Below, in pieces: positions 1 to 12,731 of a DNA stretch of 64,000 nt (positions within the stretch are counted from its first letter, which is position 1; every line of letters starts with the position of its first letter). The notes beneath the pieces are model-generated. The model was not told where the DNA came from, searched no databases, and saw only the letters and a program-made list of their open reading frames with translations. The position numbers and the translations under genes were made by a program. This DNA comes from Lytechinus pictus. Taxonomy: Eukaryota. The DNA is taken from the NCBI RefSeq assembly GCF_037042905.1, contig NC_087245.1, positions 5,272,001 to 5,336,000 of the forward strand, in the 5' to 3' direction.

Positions 1-98
1 TCACATCACTCCCGCCTTTAAGCTGGCGTGAGTCCACTTGGGGTGTTATGCGGGACCGTACTGAGGCCGGACTCATGCCGACTTCAAACCACATCTTG

Positions 99-174
99 TT
101 TTTAAGGACACATATTCCTTCGGGGGACCAAAGTAATTACTGTGATCCCTCGAAGGAATATGTGTCCTTAAAAA
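99..174. repeat. Perfect 24-bp-arm hairpin
   Basis: TTTTTAAGGACACATATTCCTTCG … CGAAGGAATATGTGTCCTTAAAAA. Confidence 0.85.
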
Positions 175-346
175 TAAAAAGCTATGCTGCTTCTCAGCAC
201 TATCATGGAAGATGGAAGTTATTGAGACTTCCATCTTTTTCATTTTTCTTGGGAAAATATATGAGCTCAAGTCCATAACTAAACAAATATCATTCCTGAC
301 TTCCTACATAAAATATCATAATTTGAGGATAGTCTTGGGGAATTCT

Positions 347-585
347 TACTCCGTAAAAATATTGAGTAAAATTTTTATTACCACGAGTAATTATGTGTCC
401 AACTCATTTTTTGGGCAGTATTTTACCCAATGCGGGAAGCATATTGTCCAGTAAGGTTAGAAAAATAAGCAGCAATTACTTAAGAATTGGCAAAATGTTC
501 ATCACAATGGATAAATAAAATATCCAATGTTGGTTGGACACATAATTATCCTTATGGAGCACTTTTACTAAATATTTTCAGAGTG
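347..585. mobile_element. Degenerate palindromic MITE related to the …AGAGTG|TA family
   Basis: Imperfect inverted arms AAAATATTGAGTAAAA…TAATTATGTGTCCAAC and GTTGGACACATAATTA…TTTTACTAAATATTTTCAGAGTGTA. Confidence 0.55.
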
Positions 586-652
586 TAATCACTATAATAA
601 TAACTAAGGATTTTCGATGTTCTTCACAAAACCCATGCCACTATGGTTTGTG

Positions 653-1112
653 CAGACCTGCCAACCAGTACAGTACGTTTTTTGCAACCAAAATACGGCA
701 GTACGTTTTTTCTTTCAAAAATACGTTTTGTTTTTTTTACAAAATCGTAATTTATTGAGAAAAATCATCTCTATAATTATGTCTCTATTTCATAAAACGT
801 ACACAAATATGGTTATTAGATCAATGTAATTTCAGCTAACTTGTTTTTTTTTTCAATCATTTTGTAAAAACCAGGGTGAGATATACACAAGTTTCAATGG
901 GTTTTTTTTTCATCTGCAATTGCAGTGCGCAATTTAGCTTGGATGCAGCTTGAGCGCCGTGATGGGCGAGTGCGCCAAGCATTTTATTATGAAATACACT
1001 TTTTTGGGGAAAAATATTTATCTCACACGGTAAAAATACTGATTTTTTTGTCAAAATACTGATTTTGGGGGATAAGAATACTGAAAATGCAAAATACAAC
1101 TTGGCAGCTCTG
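653..1112 (+). mobile_element. MITE with CAGACCTGCCAA TIR and 6-bp TSD (hAT6-like), copy 1
   Basis: TTTGTG|CAGACCTGCCAA…TTGGCAGCTCTG|TTTGTG. Confidence 0.85.
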
Positions 1113-3489
1113 TTTGTGAAGTAACACAAAGGAATGCAGTACGACTCCAAACTTTCACATAATTTTTATTAGATCAATCAATACCTTTTAACAGAAATAC
1201 AGATTTTGAGTGTTTTATGAAAATGTTTATGCATCAAGACATTGAATAAAGCACGTATGCTATGCTAAGAACCCTTTTTTGAAGCTGACCTTTAAGGACC
1301 AAAAACAAAAATTTAAGTGAAATTAATATTTTCACTCATTCTAAAGTGAACCCCATTGAATACTCGAAGATTTTCTATACATACCTATAAGAAAATAATG
1401 CTTCAATTTTGTTCGTTTTGACAAGATGTATGGTTCACAATTATCTAGTACGTGTTGAGTCGGTTAGTTATGTCTCCTTAGGGTTGTGACTTTAAAAAGA
1501 GAAAATTGCCCTTTCGCTCATGTGATTAATGTCATTAAAGTAACGGAAATAAAATGTATTGTAATTCTTATTATAGAAAATAGCTCCTGAGTGTAACATT
1601 GACCCATCATGACAACAGTCCCCATAACACCTCTTAATACAGCAATAACACCGCTTTTTCGCAATCACTGATGCTTTATATAACGCAGATAATATTTAAT
1701 GACAAAACAGCCTTTGTCGAAAATTAGTGAATCAAAACAGCTTTGTCGTCCTGGACTCTGGACAAACGACATATTTGCAATTTCTGGTCCGGTCCGAATC
1801 TTCGGAAGATCTGCTGCCCTGGTCCACCAACTTTCGACAAAAACCTCTCAGCTGTCCATTGTGATTTGACTTGCATTTTCAAAGGAATTGATGCGTTGTA
1901 GAAAGCGTCTGCGTAGGGATTGCAAATTTACGTTAATTCCACGGAGCATGGGCACGTTCTGAAAGAGTTTCTATCAAACACAATGCAAACAAATTATACG
2001 CACCTCAATTTTCATCCACAAGGAGTTTCATTAATGTCACAATTCTTTGTTATTGATAGTCTACACTTATTAATATGCCACACATTTAGTTCAACTGCAA
2101 CAATTGTACAATCTTATCGTTTTTACTTGGGCTTCTCTACTTCATTTGTATTTTTTTTAATGAAATGATATGAAAATCCAATTAGAAGCTTGCAGTTTGT
2201 ACTAGCGTTTGACTCCTGAGTTTTAGGCAATCCCCCCCCCCAAAAAAAAAGGCCTTAGTATGGTTCCTTAAGAAAATTCAGGCATCTAAATGCTAATACA
2301 TTATTTCCTTTCATAAGACCTAATGTTTCACGTCATTTTAGTTTATTACTAGCAATGGTATTATGTGTATGTTGGCAATAATTTATAAACAAGAGGCCGA
2401 TAAATTCACAACGTAATTATATTATATAGGACATGAACAAATCTATATCATTACTTCAACCAAAGTCAATTTTAAAGTAGACGTTATGCCTATGTGTGTC
2501 TTACTACAAGAGTGTTGATTACAATGTTAAACGTTTACATAATGCTACATTTTATAGGAATAAGAATGTTTCTACCTGATTCAACATTCTTTGGGTGTAA
2601 TTATTTGTAAAGGTAAAAAGCAAACGGAATAAATCAGGATTTCTCTCAGTCCATTTTAAACTTGACCTCCAATGTGTTTTCGCGAAAAAGAACAGGAGGC
2701 TATAAATAATTCTTTGTTTTTCACGCTGTAATGTTGATATAATTAGCAGATACCTGACGTGACCTCATCGATAGTGACCATATTACCACTCTGCTTTCAT
2801 TGACATTATTATACATCCGATCTTATCTCTATGCTTGTTTTCATTTTGTATTCATGCGCATGCGCTGATCTATTAATATTGTTATATTTATTTTTTTCCA
2901 TCTCTTTTCTCCATTCAATTCCCTCTTCCCTAAATTATTGTTCCCCTGCCACCTGCATTCATACCCCTCCATTGTATTCTTCGTTATCTCTTTCAATGTA
3001 TTTGTACCACGCTCTCCTCTTTTTTCTTTTCTTTTTATTTTTGTTAATAATGCTCAAAACTTCAAACCAACTGAATTATCATTGCGTCGTGTTGGTTTTA
3101 ATTTTCATGTTATTTCGCTTTCTTAACCTATATACTGTATGCCAATGGCTAATAATATTAATCGCCAATCACCCTTCTTTGTCTCTGTTTTGCTGAAGTA
3201 TATTTGCTTCTCTTCTATTTCTTTCGCTTTTTTTCAAGTAACCCTTTATTACCTTCTTCCACGCAACATCTTCATGTTGTTTCCCCTTGAAATCATTATA
3301 ACCTGTTCGATTTTTTTTTTTATCATAAAAAACATAACCACTGCGTTTTATGCAATTTCATGAATTCCTTCTCCTTCTATTTGAAAAAAATGGGTTTTTA
3401 TTTTGTTGTCTGTTGCTTTTTAAACAAAAAAATCAATTAAAACATATTCAAACCCCTTCACAATTTCCTAATATGCTTTGCAACCTTCT

Positions 3490-3752
3490 TGTTACGTCAC
3501 CTCAACCCCGCCCAGTCATGCCATTTACTACAGCAACAGAAAGTCACGTGGGAGTCGTGCGTGAAGTCACATGAACTGCAACCCTTGAAGAAACAAACCG
3601 AGTTACCAGACGTCTGCCAAAGAGACTGTGTTTGACAACATACTTTATTGATCATCAGAGACTTATTTGGTAAAATCACCTGACTATAAAACGGGTAGAA
3701 ATATTAAAATGCTGCATTTGGGATGATTAACCGGAGTCGTGGATCACGTGAG
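3490..3752. promoter_or_regulatory. Candidate cis-regulatory module
   Basis: Cluster of a CRE-like TTACGTCA, GC box CCCCGCCC and E-boxes GTCACGTGG, GTCACATGA and TCACGTGA in otherwise AT-rich DNA. Confidence 0.35.
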
Positions 3753-5225
3753 CAATGCAACCTAATAATGTATATGTGAAGTGCAGAGAGACTTCGTGTA
3801 TTATGCGCTATATAAAATGTAATTTTATTGTTATCACTGTTAATACCAGATTATTATTATTAAAATATATGATGTCAAAATTTTAAATTTTGAGTGAGTC
3901 GACCAATATTTGACTCAGATGTGCTTAATCGCATTTCGAGTAAAACGTGATTCGATTCAAATTGCTCACGTATTGTCACGAGTTAAGAGAATTTGCAGAA
4001 TTCAAGTATAAAAAAACGATCCTACCTATAATCATGTATTGGATATAATTATAGAGAAGATGTTCGTAACCAAGTTTGAATATTGAACGATTCTACCATA
4101 GGTGTCAGTTTGTGGAAATGTTGCTTTGCTCCTATATATTGAGACTCCACAAAAGTAAACTGCGGAAGTCAATGCGTTTTCGCGCGTCAAATTAAACACG
4201 ACACGCCACATAATTGTGTCAGTTTCGCGCAAAAATCCACAAACTGGCACATAACTACTACTCTTACTACTTAAAAATGTGTAATGTCAGTAAGGCGATT
4301 TCTCATGTCATACTTTTTTATTCATTTGCTTTCCACATAAACAAGACACAATAAACTCCAATGACGTATAAAATTATAATATGTGTATATAATAATTGCA
4401 TCGAGCATTTTAGTTCTAATGTGCAGAATGATATTGTCTCCTCTGTAATAGTCTCTCATATCACAATGGTGTGGCCATAAGCTGGCCTATCTAAGGCCCT
4501 TTCATGAAGACTTACAACTATTGTGACACCGCTATTATGACAATGACAGAGTGCCATGGTTACAGGGAACAGCCTTAGCCAATCAAATTCAAGGTTTCAA
4601 CGGTAGTTGCACTTGTTGCTCAATTGCCATAGTTGTACGTCTTTATGAAATGCCCCCCCCCCCCACCATGATTTGATTTCCTTTGATGGCTTATTCGTGT
4701 TGTGTTGTATTGCTATTCCATTGAACATAATTATATTCTAATAATTTGGAAATCTCCGAGATGTTTTGCATTGTTTGGACGTAGTGTTTATCGTTCAGTT
4801 AATAAAACATATACGAAGAAAAGAAGATCCCTTATGTGAGAAGAATTGAAAACACGATAGAATATTTTTTCAAGGATAAGTAACATTTATATTGAGAATA
4901 AAATTTACATTAAATGAGTTCTGAAAACTTTGAAAAAAGCACAGGCACTATCACCTTAACCTAACTATTTTGATATTCTATTTCATATGTGATTTAAGGG
5001 AAAACTAAATTCGATGCCGAATATTATTTTATTTAATAATTGTATAATATGGATGTAATAACATTTTCTCGATTGTATATAAATTTAGTATTGTATAACA
5101 GTAGTATTCGGCAAGTATTTTGGTGATTTCGTAGTAAGATTTCCGAATGCACGTCGACTTGTCGATACCATAGAGATGTATTGCATACATTTCTGTGGTT
5201 AATACTGATCACAAAGCGCCACTAA

Positions 5226-5622
5226 AGCCCAGCGCACACTATGCGATCCGATGCGACGCGAGTTTTTAATAAATAGCATTTTGTAGTAAATATGAAAGTT
5301 TCCTAAAGTAAGATTATTAAGTTCGGCAAAATGTTAGGAATAATAAAATCATAATTTTGCTTTGCGGCAAACCCTGTGGTCGGGGTAATGTTCAAATCGG
5401 CTTCAACTCGCAGCCGATGATGACGTCATAACGATTTGGACTTGAATATACTTTTATTCCTACAGGGAGGCTCGAACTAGACTGAATTTCTATTTAAGTA
5501 GTCCTAATCACTATTCTGACCTATGATCGCTAAGATTTCATTGGTTTAAATGTCCATATCAAATGTTATTACAATTTCTTTGAAATTCTGATCGTAACGA
5601 ATCGCATAGTCTGCGCCGGGCT
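5226..5622. mobile_element. PIF/Harbinger-like MITE
   Basis: TAA|AGCCCAGCGCACACTATGCGAT…ATCGCATAGTCTGCGCCGGGCT|TAA (3-bp TSD). Confidence 0.78.
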
Positions 5623-5726
5623 TAATTAAGCCATAAATTAAAGCACTTCCTTAAAAGGGGGCATAGTGAGGGAATACGCATGCGTCAGAATGGATGTGCC
5701 AAAGGGACGAGGCGCGTGCGATACTG

Positions 5727-5880
5727 GGGGCATTTTATCAACATTTTCATCCGACAAGTTGTCAGACCTGAAAACTGTCCTTGATTTAAATTGGCTGAGA
5801 AGCACAGGTACTATGGAAACTGTCGATTACAAAGGACTTGTCGGATAAAACGTTTGACAAGTCCTTTCATGAAACGCTCC
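5727..5880. mobile_element. Short Harbinger-like MITE (CTG TSD)
   Basis: CTG|GGGGCATTTTAT…TCCGACAAGT / ACTTGTCGGA…ATGAAACGCTCC|CTG. A relative lies at ~4494-4655. Confidence 0.62.
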
Positions 5881-6093
5881 CTGAGCTTTTTCGTTAAGTA
5901 TTGACCGTATAGTAGAGGTGGTATATTATCCACCTTTATGGTTCGAACGCATGCGCACATTATGGTGATCATCAAGAATTATCGGAGTTAACTGTTCGAC
6001 ATGCTTTCGAAATTCTGTCTAGAAAAAAAATAGATGGCTTTAAGAAGGCCGTTTGAAATATTACATAGGGCTTACTTTAATCTTAAACCGCAG

Positions 6094-6144
6094 AACTTGT
6101 TTACCATATGTATATTGTGAAAGAAATGAATGAAGAGAACAATG
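6094..6144 (+). CDS. Possible upstream exon of the HS1BP3-like gene (…MYIVKEMNEENN)
   Basis: Strong donor G|GTAAGC at 6145, in phase 1, which matches the exon at 10347. In-frame ATGs at 6108 and 6126; candidate acceptor cgcag ends at 6093. No homology support. Confidence 0.35.
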
Positions 6145-7279
6145 GTAAGCGTAGCTTAAATATAATATAATCTGTCACTGTGAATTGATTCATATTTTTG
6201 TTCTGATGTGCTCATTTCTAAGATGCTGAGTGTTTGTGTTGTTAAAAAGTTTATCTTCACCTTGTACATGATGTTAATAAATAATTAGAACCTTTATTCT
6301 CAACTTTCGCTACATGTACTCTGAATTGTATGTGTTTTTTTTTTGTTCCTATAGTATAATTGTTGTGTGATGCAGATGTATACGAGATTAAAAATGAAAA
6401 ATAGACCTTACATTTCATGCCGACTTTGAAGACGGAATCCCCGAATATGATCTCCAATGTGTTTAACATCCAACATAATTACTCTTTGACAACGTTTAAA
6501 TCGAATTTTGTTCCATTATTTACTTATTTTTAACTGAAGGTTTTGATGGGCATGTCTTCAAAGTCAGATGGATGATAGTGAAATCAGATTTGTATCATCT
6601 CCCCAGAGTTAATTGCTAAAAGAAGTGAGTAAGTAGATTGAAGATGGCCAAAAGAAATGGGAATGTAACTCGCGATTTCGATCAATCGTTTAGTTCCATA
6701 ATACCAATCGCATGGTTAACTTGATCCACGAGAGTGCAGACTTTTTTAATTGACTGAAGAAATCTCAACCTAAGTGTTTTCCGATACGACTCGTGCAATC
6801 GTCCAGATCGATATAAAGCCTAGGATATCAGCAATCAAGAGCGAGGTCCGACGGAGTATGGGCCTCTCAAGCTAAGTAATGTTTGAGAAAATAAAAAGAA
6901 ATCAAAGTGGATTACCAATATACTGAGGTAGAAATTAGAAATGGAAAACTGAGTTTTGTGTCAATTACATTTGCCTTTGAAATAGAAAATGCGATCTATT
7001 AATATGACACGATACATATCAACATAACAAAGTCAATAATAACAATAATAAAAAACCTGCTCCTGTAATTATCATATTAAAGGAATATGACCCGGGAATA
7101 TGACTGTGATTGATCCGTCGAATCAGGCATGAGTGCGCAATCTCTGATTGTGAAGGTTTTACTGAAAGTTTATTAGTAATTTCCGGAAAATTCCGGCAAG
7201 TAACGAGAAGAATTCAAATCTGACAGACAGGATAGTGTCGAATAGGAGACTGCAGAATTTGGTCATTGTAATGGATAGA

Positions 7280-7750
7280 TATATGAAAGTATTCTGCCAT
7301 TCTCAAGAGTTGATCAAAATTGTAGGGGGAGGAGTATGAAGGAGAGCGGGTACAGTATACGGATCTTCCTGAGATATTAAAGTATTCTGCCATTCTCAAG
7401 AGAATTTCTTTCAAAGGCAGGTGTAACGTAGGAGAAGGGGTACGAACTCAGACATTGGATATGGGGTGGTTATTAAAGTATTTTGCCATTTTCAAGAGTT
7501 TATAAGAATTTGAGAGGTAGGGGTTGAATGAGAAGGGGTATATAGCTTAGGCACTGTAACGGCTGGATTATGAAAGAGGAAGGGGTAGTGAAGGAGAAGG
7601 GTACGAATTTAAGAATAGTAGCGGATCTTGCTGAGATATGATAGTACATGTATTTTTCCATTCTCAATTAAGGGTTTACAAGAATTTAATAGGAAGGCTT
7701 AACGCAGGAGAAGGAGTACGAACTTTAAAAAATTAACGGATCTTCCTGGT
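7280..7750. repeat. Degenerate ~95-bp tandem repeat
   Basis: Anchor AAGTATT(C/T)TGCCATT(C/T)TCAAGAG at ~7287, 7380 and 7476, decayed at ~7650; recurring GGAGAAGGGTACGAA. Confidence 0.65.
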
Positions 7751-8813
7751 TTTCAAGGCTTCAAATGTTAGGCAAAGGACAAGGCATTAAAAATAGCCCT
7801 TATGTTGTCAAGGCCGAGCATCAAGGCACTATACAGCACTTCTAATGAATGATGTAATGATTGTTCCATTTTATTACCGACTAGACCAGTGTCATCCATA
7901 TCATCACACAATACGTCTAGCGTCATTTTGGTAAATATCCAGTCAATGCATGTGTGGGTGTGTGTGTGTGTTTTTACCATGTGTGTGTATATGGGTGTGT
8001 TTGCATGTGGTAAATGGATGTGGTTCTCTTAGTGTAATGCGTGTGTGTCATGAATTAAGAGGATGATAGTTGCTTGTATCTTAAATCAAACCTTCCCAAA
8101 ACTGTCCTCAACATAGTACATAGGCCATATACCCCTCATTTTTGGTAGGACACTTGGTTGAAAAATGTCTCCACCGGGAATCGGACCTTGACCACGTACC
8201 TAAAGTGGTCAATGGCTTTGTTGATTCCACGGGTGAGTCTTGGTTCTCATACCGATGAATAGACAAATCGTCAACCTATACGGTAATTCCTTGTTGATGG
8301 CAGATGAGTTTTGAAGAAGCAAGAATATTGCAATGGAGTTCAAAGTCATTTATACGGTTCGATTTCAGACGGAGAATTTTTTTTCAACCTTGAAAAGAAA
8401 ATTAAAGAGACATGAGATAGGGAAGAATAGCTCTGGAGAGCTGTCTCAATAATTGCTCATGTACATTAATTTGTGTTTTGTTATAGTACGGTAACACGAA
8501 ATTTGCCCTGACGTCACCCTGAGGATAATGTGGGGGTTAACATGGTTAGAGTACTGATAGGGTTTTGATTTAGAATCATGTTATGCAGTTGATGTATTTT
8601 TTCATTGGTAATGATTTATAATGTACTGTACTTTGATGATTGTGGAATATGAATATGTAAAAATAAATAAGTGATGTGATGATAGGGTTAAGCATAAGGT
8701 TGAAGCTGGGGTCAATATGTGTGCATTTCGAAAGGAGCAATAATTTTATTGTCAAAGATCCATACTTGTTATGACTACATTCTTTATTTTCGAGAATCAC
8801 CTGTCCTTCATGC

Positions 8814-8914
8814 CTCGGTCACATTTGCTCTACGGCACTAGCGTACCTACGGGGGGGCAGGGGGGCACTCTGACGAGCTTGAAGACCCCCCCCCCCCCCT
8901 GATGAGCTTGAAGA

Positions 8915-8971
<57 letters not shown>

Positions 8972-9273
8972 TGTCAATTTTTTTCTGGTACGAAAACCTT
9001 CATTTTTTTTTATTCAAGACCTTTTTTTTTTTTTTTTTTTTTTTTTTGCTTTAAAATGTCATAATTTTCTTATTTTACATCCGATTTTGATGAAATTTTC
9101 AGCGTTATGCTAATTTGAGTTTCCTCTATTTATTAAAATCAACATCTTCCTGTGGTGGACTTGACCTTTAATAGTAATTCAGACCACCTATAATGTAGCT
9201 GGTACAAAAAAATGTTAAAACGGCTGTCTTCGACTCGCCGTATACGGCCGCCGTAGAACAAATGTGACCGAGG
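8814..9273. mobile_element. Composite MITE with nested G/C-run, poly-T and Kolobok-like fragments
   Basis: TIR CCTCGGTCACATTTGCTCTACGGC / GCCGTAGAACAAATGTGACCGAGG. Confidence 0.68.
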
Positions 9274-9579
9274 TATAACCCCCATTACTATCACACCGCC
9301 TCACCACCGTCTTATCTTCTCGTTGTTATTGTTGTTTTTTATGTTGCTGTTCTTGTTATTCCTGCCCTTCTTGTCATTGTACTTCTTCCTCTTCCCTCCC
9401 CCCCTCCCTCCTCCTACTCGTCTTCCTCTTCTTGTTCTTGTTCTTCTTTTTCTTCTTCTCCTCCTTCTTATTCCATTTCTCTTCTCCTTTTGGCTCCTTC
9501 TTCACTCTAAAAAATGAAAGCGAATAAAAAGGTAAATAACCATTTTGAATTAAACCTGAAGAGTGACAGCGTTTACTAA

Positions 9580-10140
9580 AGGTCAAGTCCACCCCAGAAA
9601 AATGTTGATTTGAAGTAGAGAAAATCAAACAAGCATCAAAATCGGATGTAAAATAAAAAAAAGTTATGACGTTTTAAAGTTTCTCTAATTTTGCACAAAA
9701 CATGCAAATTAAAGAGTCGATGATGTCCATCACTCATTATTTCTTTTCTTTTTTATTGTTTGAATTATAAAATATTTCAATGTTTACAGATTTGAAAATA
9801 AGGGCCAACTTGAGTGAACCAAAAAAGGTTAAAAATTCCACATCTGCAGGGGGAATAAAACTGTGTTTCATATGACATTGAGTATGAAATTTGAATATTT
9901 CATATTTCATATAATAAAATACAAAATAAGTAGTGAGTGGATAATGTCATCAGTCCCCTCATTTGCATACCGATCAGGATGTAAATATATTTTTTTGTGA
10001 AATTGAGCAAAATTGTTAAAAAGTCATAACTTTCTTATTGTTCATCCGATTTTTATGACATTTTCAGTCTTATACATGTTGGATATTTCTCTTTTTATTC
10101 AAATAATTTTTTTTTTCTTTTTGGGGGGTGGACTTGTCCT
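9580..10140. mobile_element. Kolobok-like MITE (AGG termini, TTAA-type target)
   Basis: CTAA|AGGTCAAGTCCACCCC…GGGGTGGACTTGTCCT|TTAA with long imperfect inverted arms. Confidence 0.78.
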
Positions 10141-10346
10141 TTAAAGGGTGAAAACACTCTCTTTTCCACCCTTTTCTACCCTCTCCGCCTATGTGTGTAG
10201 TTTTAGACTGCTTGTTCTCAATAATTTGGTTCAACTTTTCATTAATATTATTAAAAACTGAAATAAAAGACATTGCAAGGATGAAAAGTCGATGGTGTGA
10301 TCATGATCAAGTTTGTATTGATTCATTCATTTCTGGCACTATTCAG

Positions 10347-10500
10347 ATAGGACGGGTGTGCTCCTGTTAACTGCAGATGACAGTGCTGTATCTAACTCAG
10401 AAATACAAGAAACGCTGTTCCTTCCTCCGGGTACTACGACAGACGTGACGTCATCCGACATTCTAGGACTAGTAAAGGAAGATAACTCGGATCTTCTGAA
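10347..10500 (+). CDS. HS1BP3: HS1BP3-like, penultimate coding exon (DRTGVLLLTADD…TLFLPPG…EDNSDLLN)
   Basis: cag| acceptor and |gtaggt donor; open 154-nt exon whose phase joins the terminal exon at 12217. Confidence 0.7.
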
Positions 10501-11024
10501 GTAGGTTAACCATTATTTTCAGCAGTCTTTGAAGTGAATCTGGCCTTGCTCGTTTATTTCTTTCATTGAAAGTATATTTTGCAAAAGAAGAAAAATATCG
10601 TCCAAGCATTGTCAAATAAAAAAGAAAAGAAAGGGGGCAGGGGAGACCTCACTCAACCATGATTTTTTTTTTCTTGGAAATGAAAAAAAAGTCGGGCCTC
10701 GCACCGGATCACCACCCTTTTCATTAGTATTTTTTAAAGATAATTTCAAGTTCTATATTTCTATATATTTCTAATCTCTTCCAATGTGTACATTAAGTTT
10801 CTTGAAGCATCATGGGCACTAATATAAGTGGACCTGTGTGCTATATAAGTAGCCATTATTATTATTATTATCATTATTATTATTATCATAATTATTATTA
10901 TTATTATTTTCATTGTATTGTTGTTGTTGTTGTTGTTATTATCATTACTATTACTAAAATTCCCAACTTATTCCCTAAGTTCAAAGTGGTTGATAACATG
11001 GTGGACGATTCGATACATTCTTTC

Positions 11025-11595
11025 CCAAGCCCGACCCAGCAAAAAGTTGATTTGTCTTAAAAAGAGAAATATTAAAGTAATATTTCACTTGAAATCTCAA
11101 AATCGGATGTAAATTGAAAAAAATAAATATGAAGTTTGAAATTTGAAAAGTTTTTCTCAAAAAAATGAGGGAAACATCGACGTTACTCATACACTACTCC
11201 TTTTGGATTGTATTATATCAAATATGAATGATCTTTATTTTGTCCTTATTATAATGTTAAACAAGGTTTTATTCCTCCTGGAATATGTGTGATTGCCATT
11301 GTTGCAACCTTCTGTGATGCATGAAAATGTTTCTTTACTGTCAAATCTACAAAGAGTGAAATACTTTATATTTCATGTAAGAAAATACAAACGAAATAGT
11401 GAGATACATCATCGACTCTCACATTTACATATCACTGTGTTTTCTTTTTTTTTTCTTTTATTAAAAATAAGGGGAACTTCGAAATGTAAAAAAATATTAT
11501 TTTTCATTCGTCTTCCATGCAATTTTTAGTATTATGCTTGTTTGATTTTTCTCTCTTCATTCAAATCCACTTTTTGTTGGGGGTGAACTTGCCCT
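11025..11595. mobile_element. Kolobok-like MITE, degenerate copy
   Basis: Right end GGGGTGAACTTGCCCT|TTAA; body similar to 9580-10140; left end approximate. Confidence 0.6.
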
Positions 11596-12216
11596 TTAAG
11601 GACACCAATTAGATGGAAAAACATTTGTTTCTTCTGCTTCAATTACTACATTTTTGCCAGTTGTTATGGAAAACTGTCTAATATGTATGTAGCAAAGTGT
11701 TTTGTGAATAGTTTTATATAGCATAAACTCTTCACTGTGACCCCCTGGTGGAGAAGTAATAAAAACAGGGGGAAAGAAGACAAACACTTGCTGTCTAATA
11801 AGACTGTGTCATCAAAATAATCAGTGATTGTAAATGCTTTTATTTTATTCAATTATGCATGAAAACAACCGTGGAACACATTGATATTGTATTTCCTCAT
11901 TTTATTTTCAATAGTTCAAATTAACACACATAAAGCAAATCTGTAATATTGAAACTATCACAACACAAGAGGGTGCCAAACCTTTTTAAAGAATGATTAG
12001 ATAAATCCTTGAAATATAAAATATTTACAAAATTGATGATCTATTTTTGATACCGTGATCCGTTTTAAACAGGTTGGATGAGAGACAAAGATTATGTATT
12101 GTATTAGAAAAAATACTTTCATCATTACTACCTCGGTTATTTTGAATACTACGATACGAGTTACTATTCAGTTTTAACGAAAATGCATGTATTTTTTTTT
12201 TCCATATCATATTCAG

Positions 12217-12460
12217 TGTTGACGACGACTTGGATAAGTTATTATCAATTGGCACCAAACCTAAACCATCGGTGTCTTCCAAACCGCCCACAAAGCCACG
12301 ACCCTCACCAAAACCCAGATCTGTATCCAAGTCAAACACCGAGGATTCAATGTTTGGAGTGCGAGACGAGCACGAGTCGGAGCAGATGGCAGAAGATGAC
12401 ATATTGAAGTACATTCAGGATAATGCAGAGGGAGGGGAAACTAAATTGGATCTGTTCTAA
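12217..12460 (+). CDS. HS1BP3: HS1BP3-like, terminal coding exon (VDDDLDKLL-Pro/Lys-rich-DDILKYIQDN…LDLF*)
   Basis: Polypyrimidine tract plus cag acceptor. The translation matches the HS1BP3 C-terminal pattern as I recall it: V(E/D)(E/D)DLD.IL, KPKP proline-rich tract, DIL.YIQD, terminal LF. TAA stop at 12458-12460. Confidence 0.75.
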
Positions 12461-12550
12461 GTGCCAAGAGTGCCCCCCCCTCACAAGTGCCAAGCTAGTG
12501 TACAATCATTCTTATTTGTTTGTAGCTATCGATGGATATCTTTATTCCTA

Positions 12551-12731
12551 CACTCTTAAAATGTTGGGCAACATTACTGTCCACACAACAATAATTTGGT
12601 TTAAAAAATTATCCAACTCTGGGTAGTTTTCAACCAATACTGTGTAGTTTTCACCCAAAGCGTACATTATTGGTTTAAAATTACCCAGAATTGGATAAAG
12701 TTTTAACCAATTTTAACAATTTTTAAGAGTG
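12551..12731. mobile_element. CACTCTTAAA-terminated palindromic MITE, just downstream of the HS1BP3-like stop (likely 3' UTR)
   Basis: TA|CACTCTTAAAA…TTTTAAGAGTG|TA; internal inverted repeats. Confidence 0.82.

Noticed and set aside
3497..3679. Cys-rich 60-aa minus-strand ORF
   Set aside because: No recognisable Cys spacing or signal peptide and a non-ATG start; better explained as motif-rich non-coding DNA.
8917..8968. Very long T homopolymer as a retrocopy tail
   Set aside because: It is part of a recurring GAAGACC(T)nGCTT motif within a nested repeat, has no adjacent processed ORF, and homopolymer length is unreliable.
9323..9628. Leu-rich and Lys/Glu-rich ORFs (likewise 10812-11112 and 2831-3363)
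   Set aside because: Low-complexity CTT, ATT and GTT microsatellites and pyrimidine tracts.
12025..12414. 129-aa minus-strand ORF (also 30916-31161, 39048-39416 and 53587-53820)
   Set aside because: Antisense shadows of real exons.
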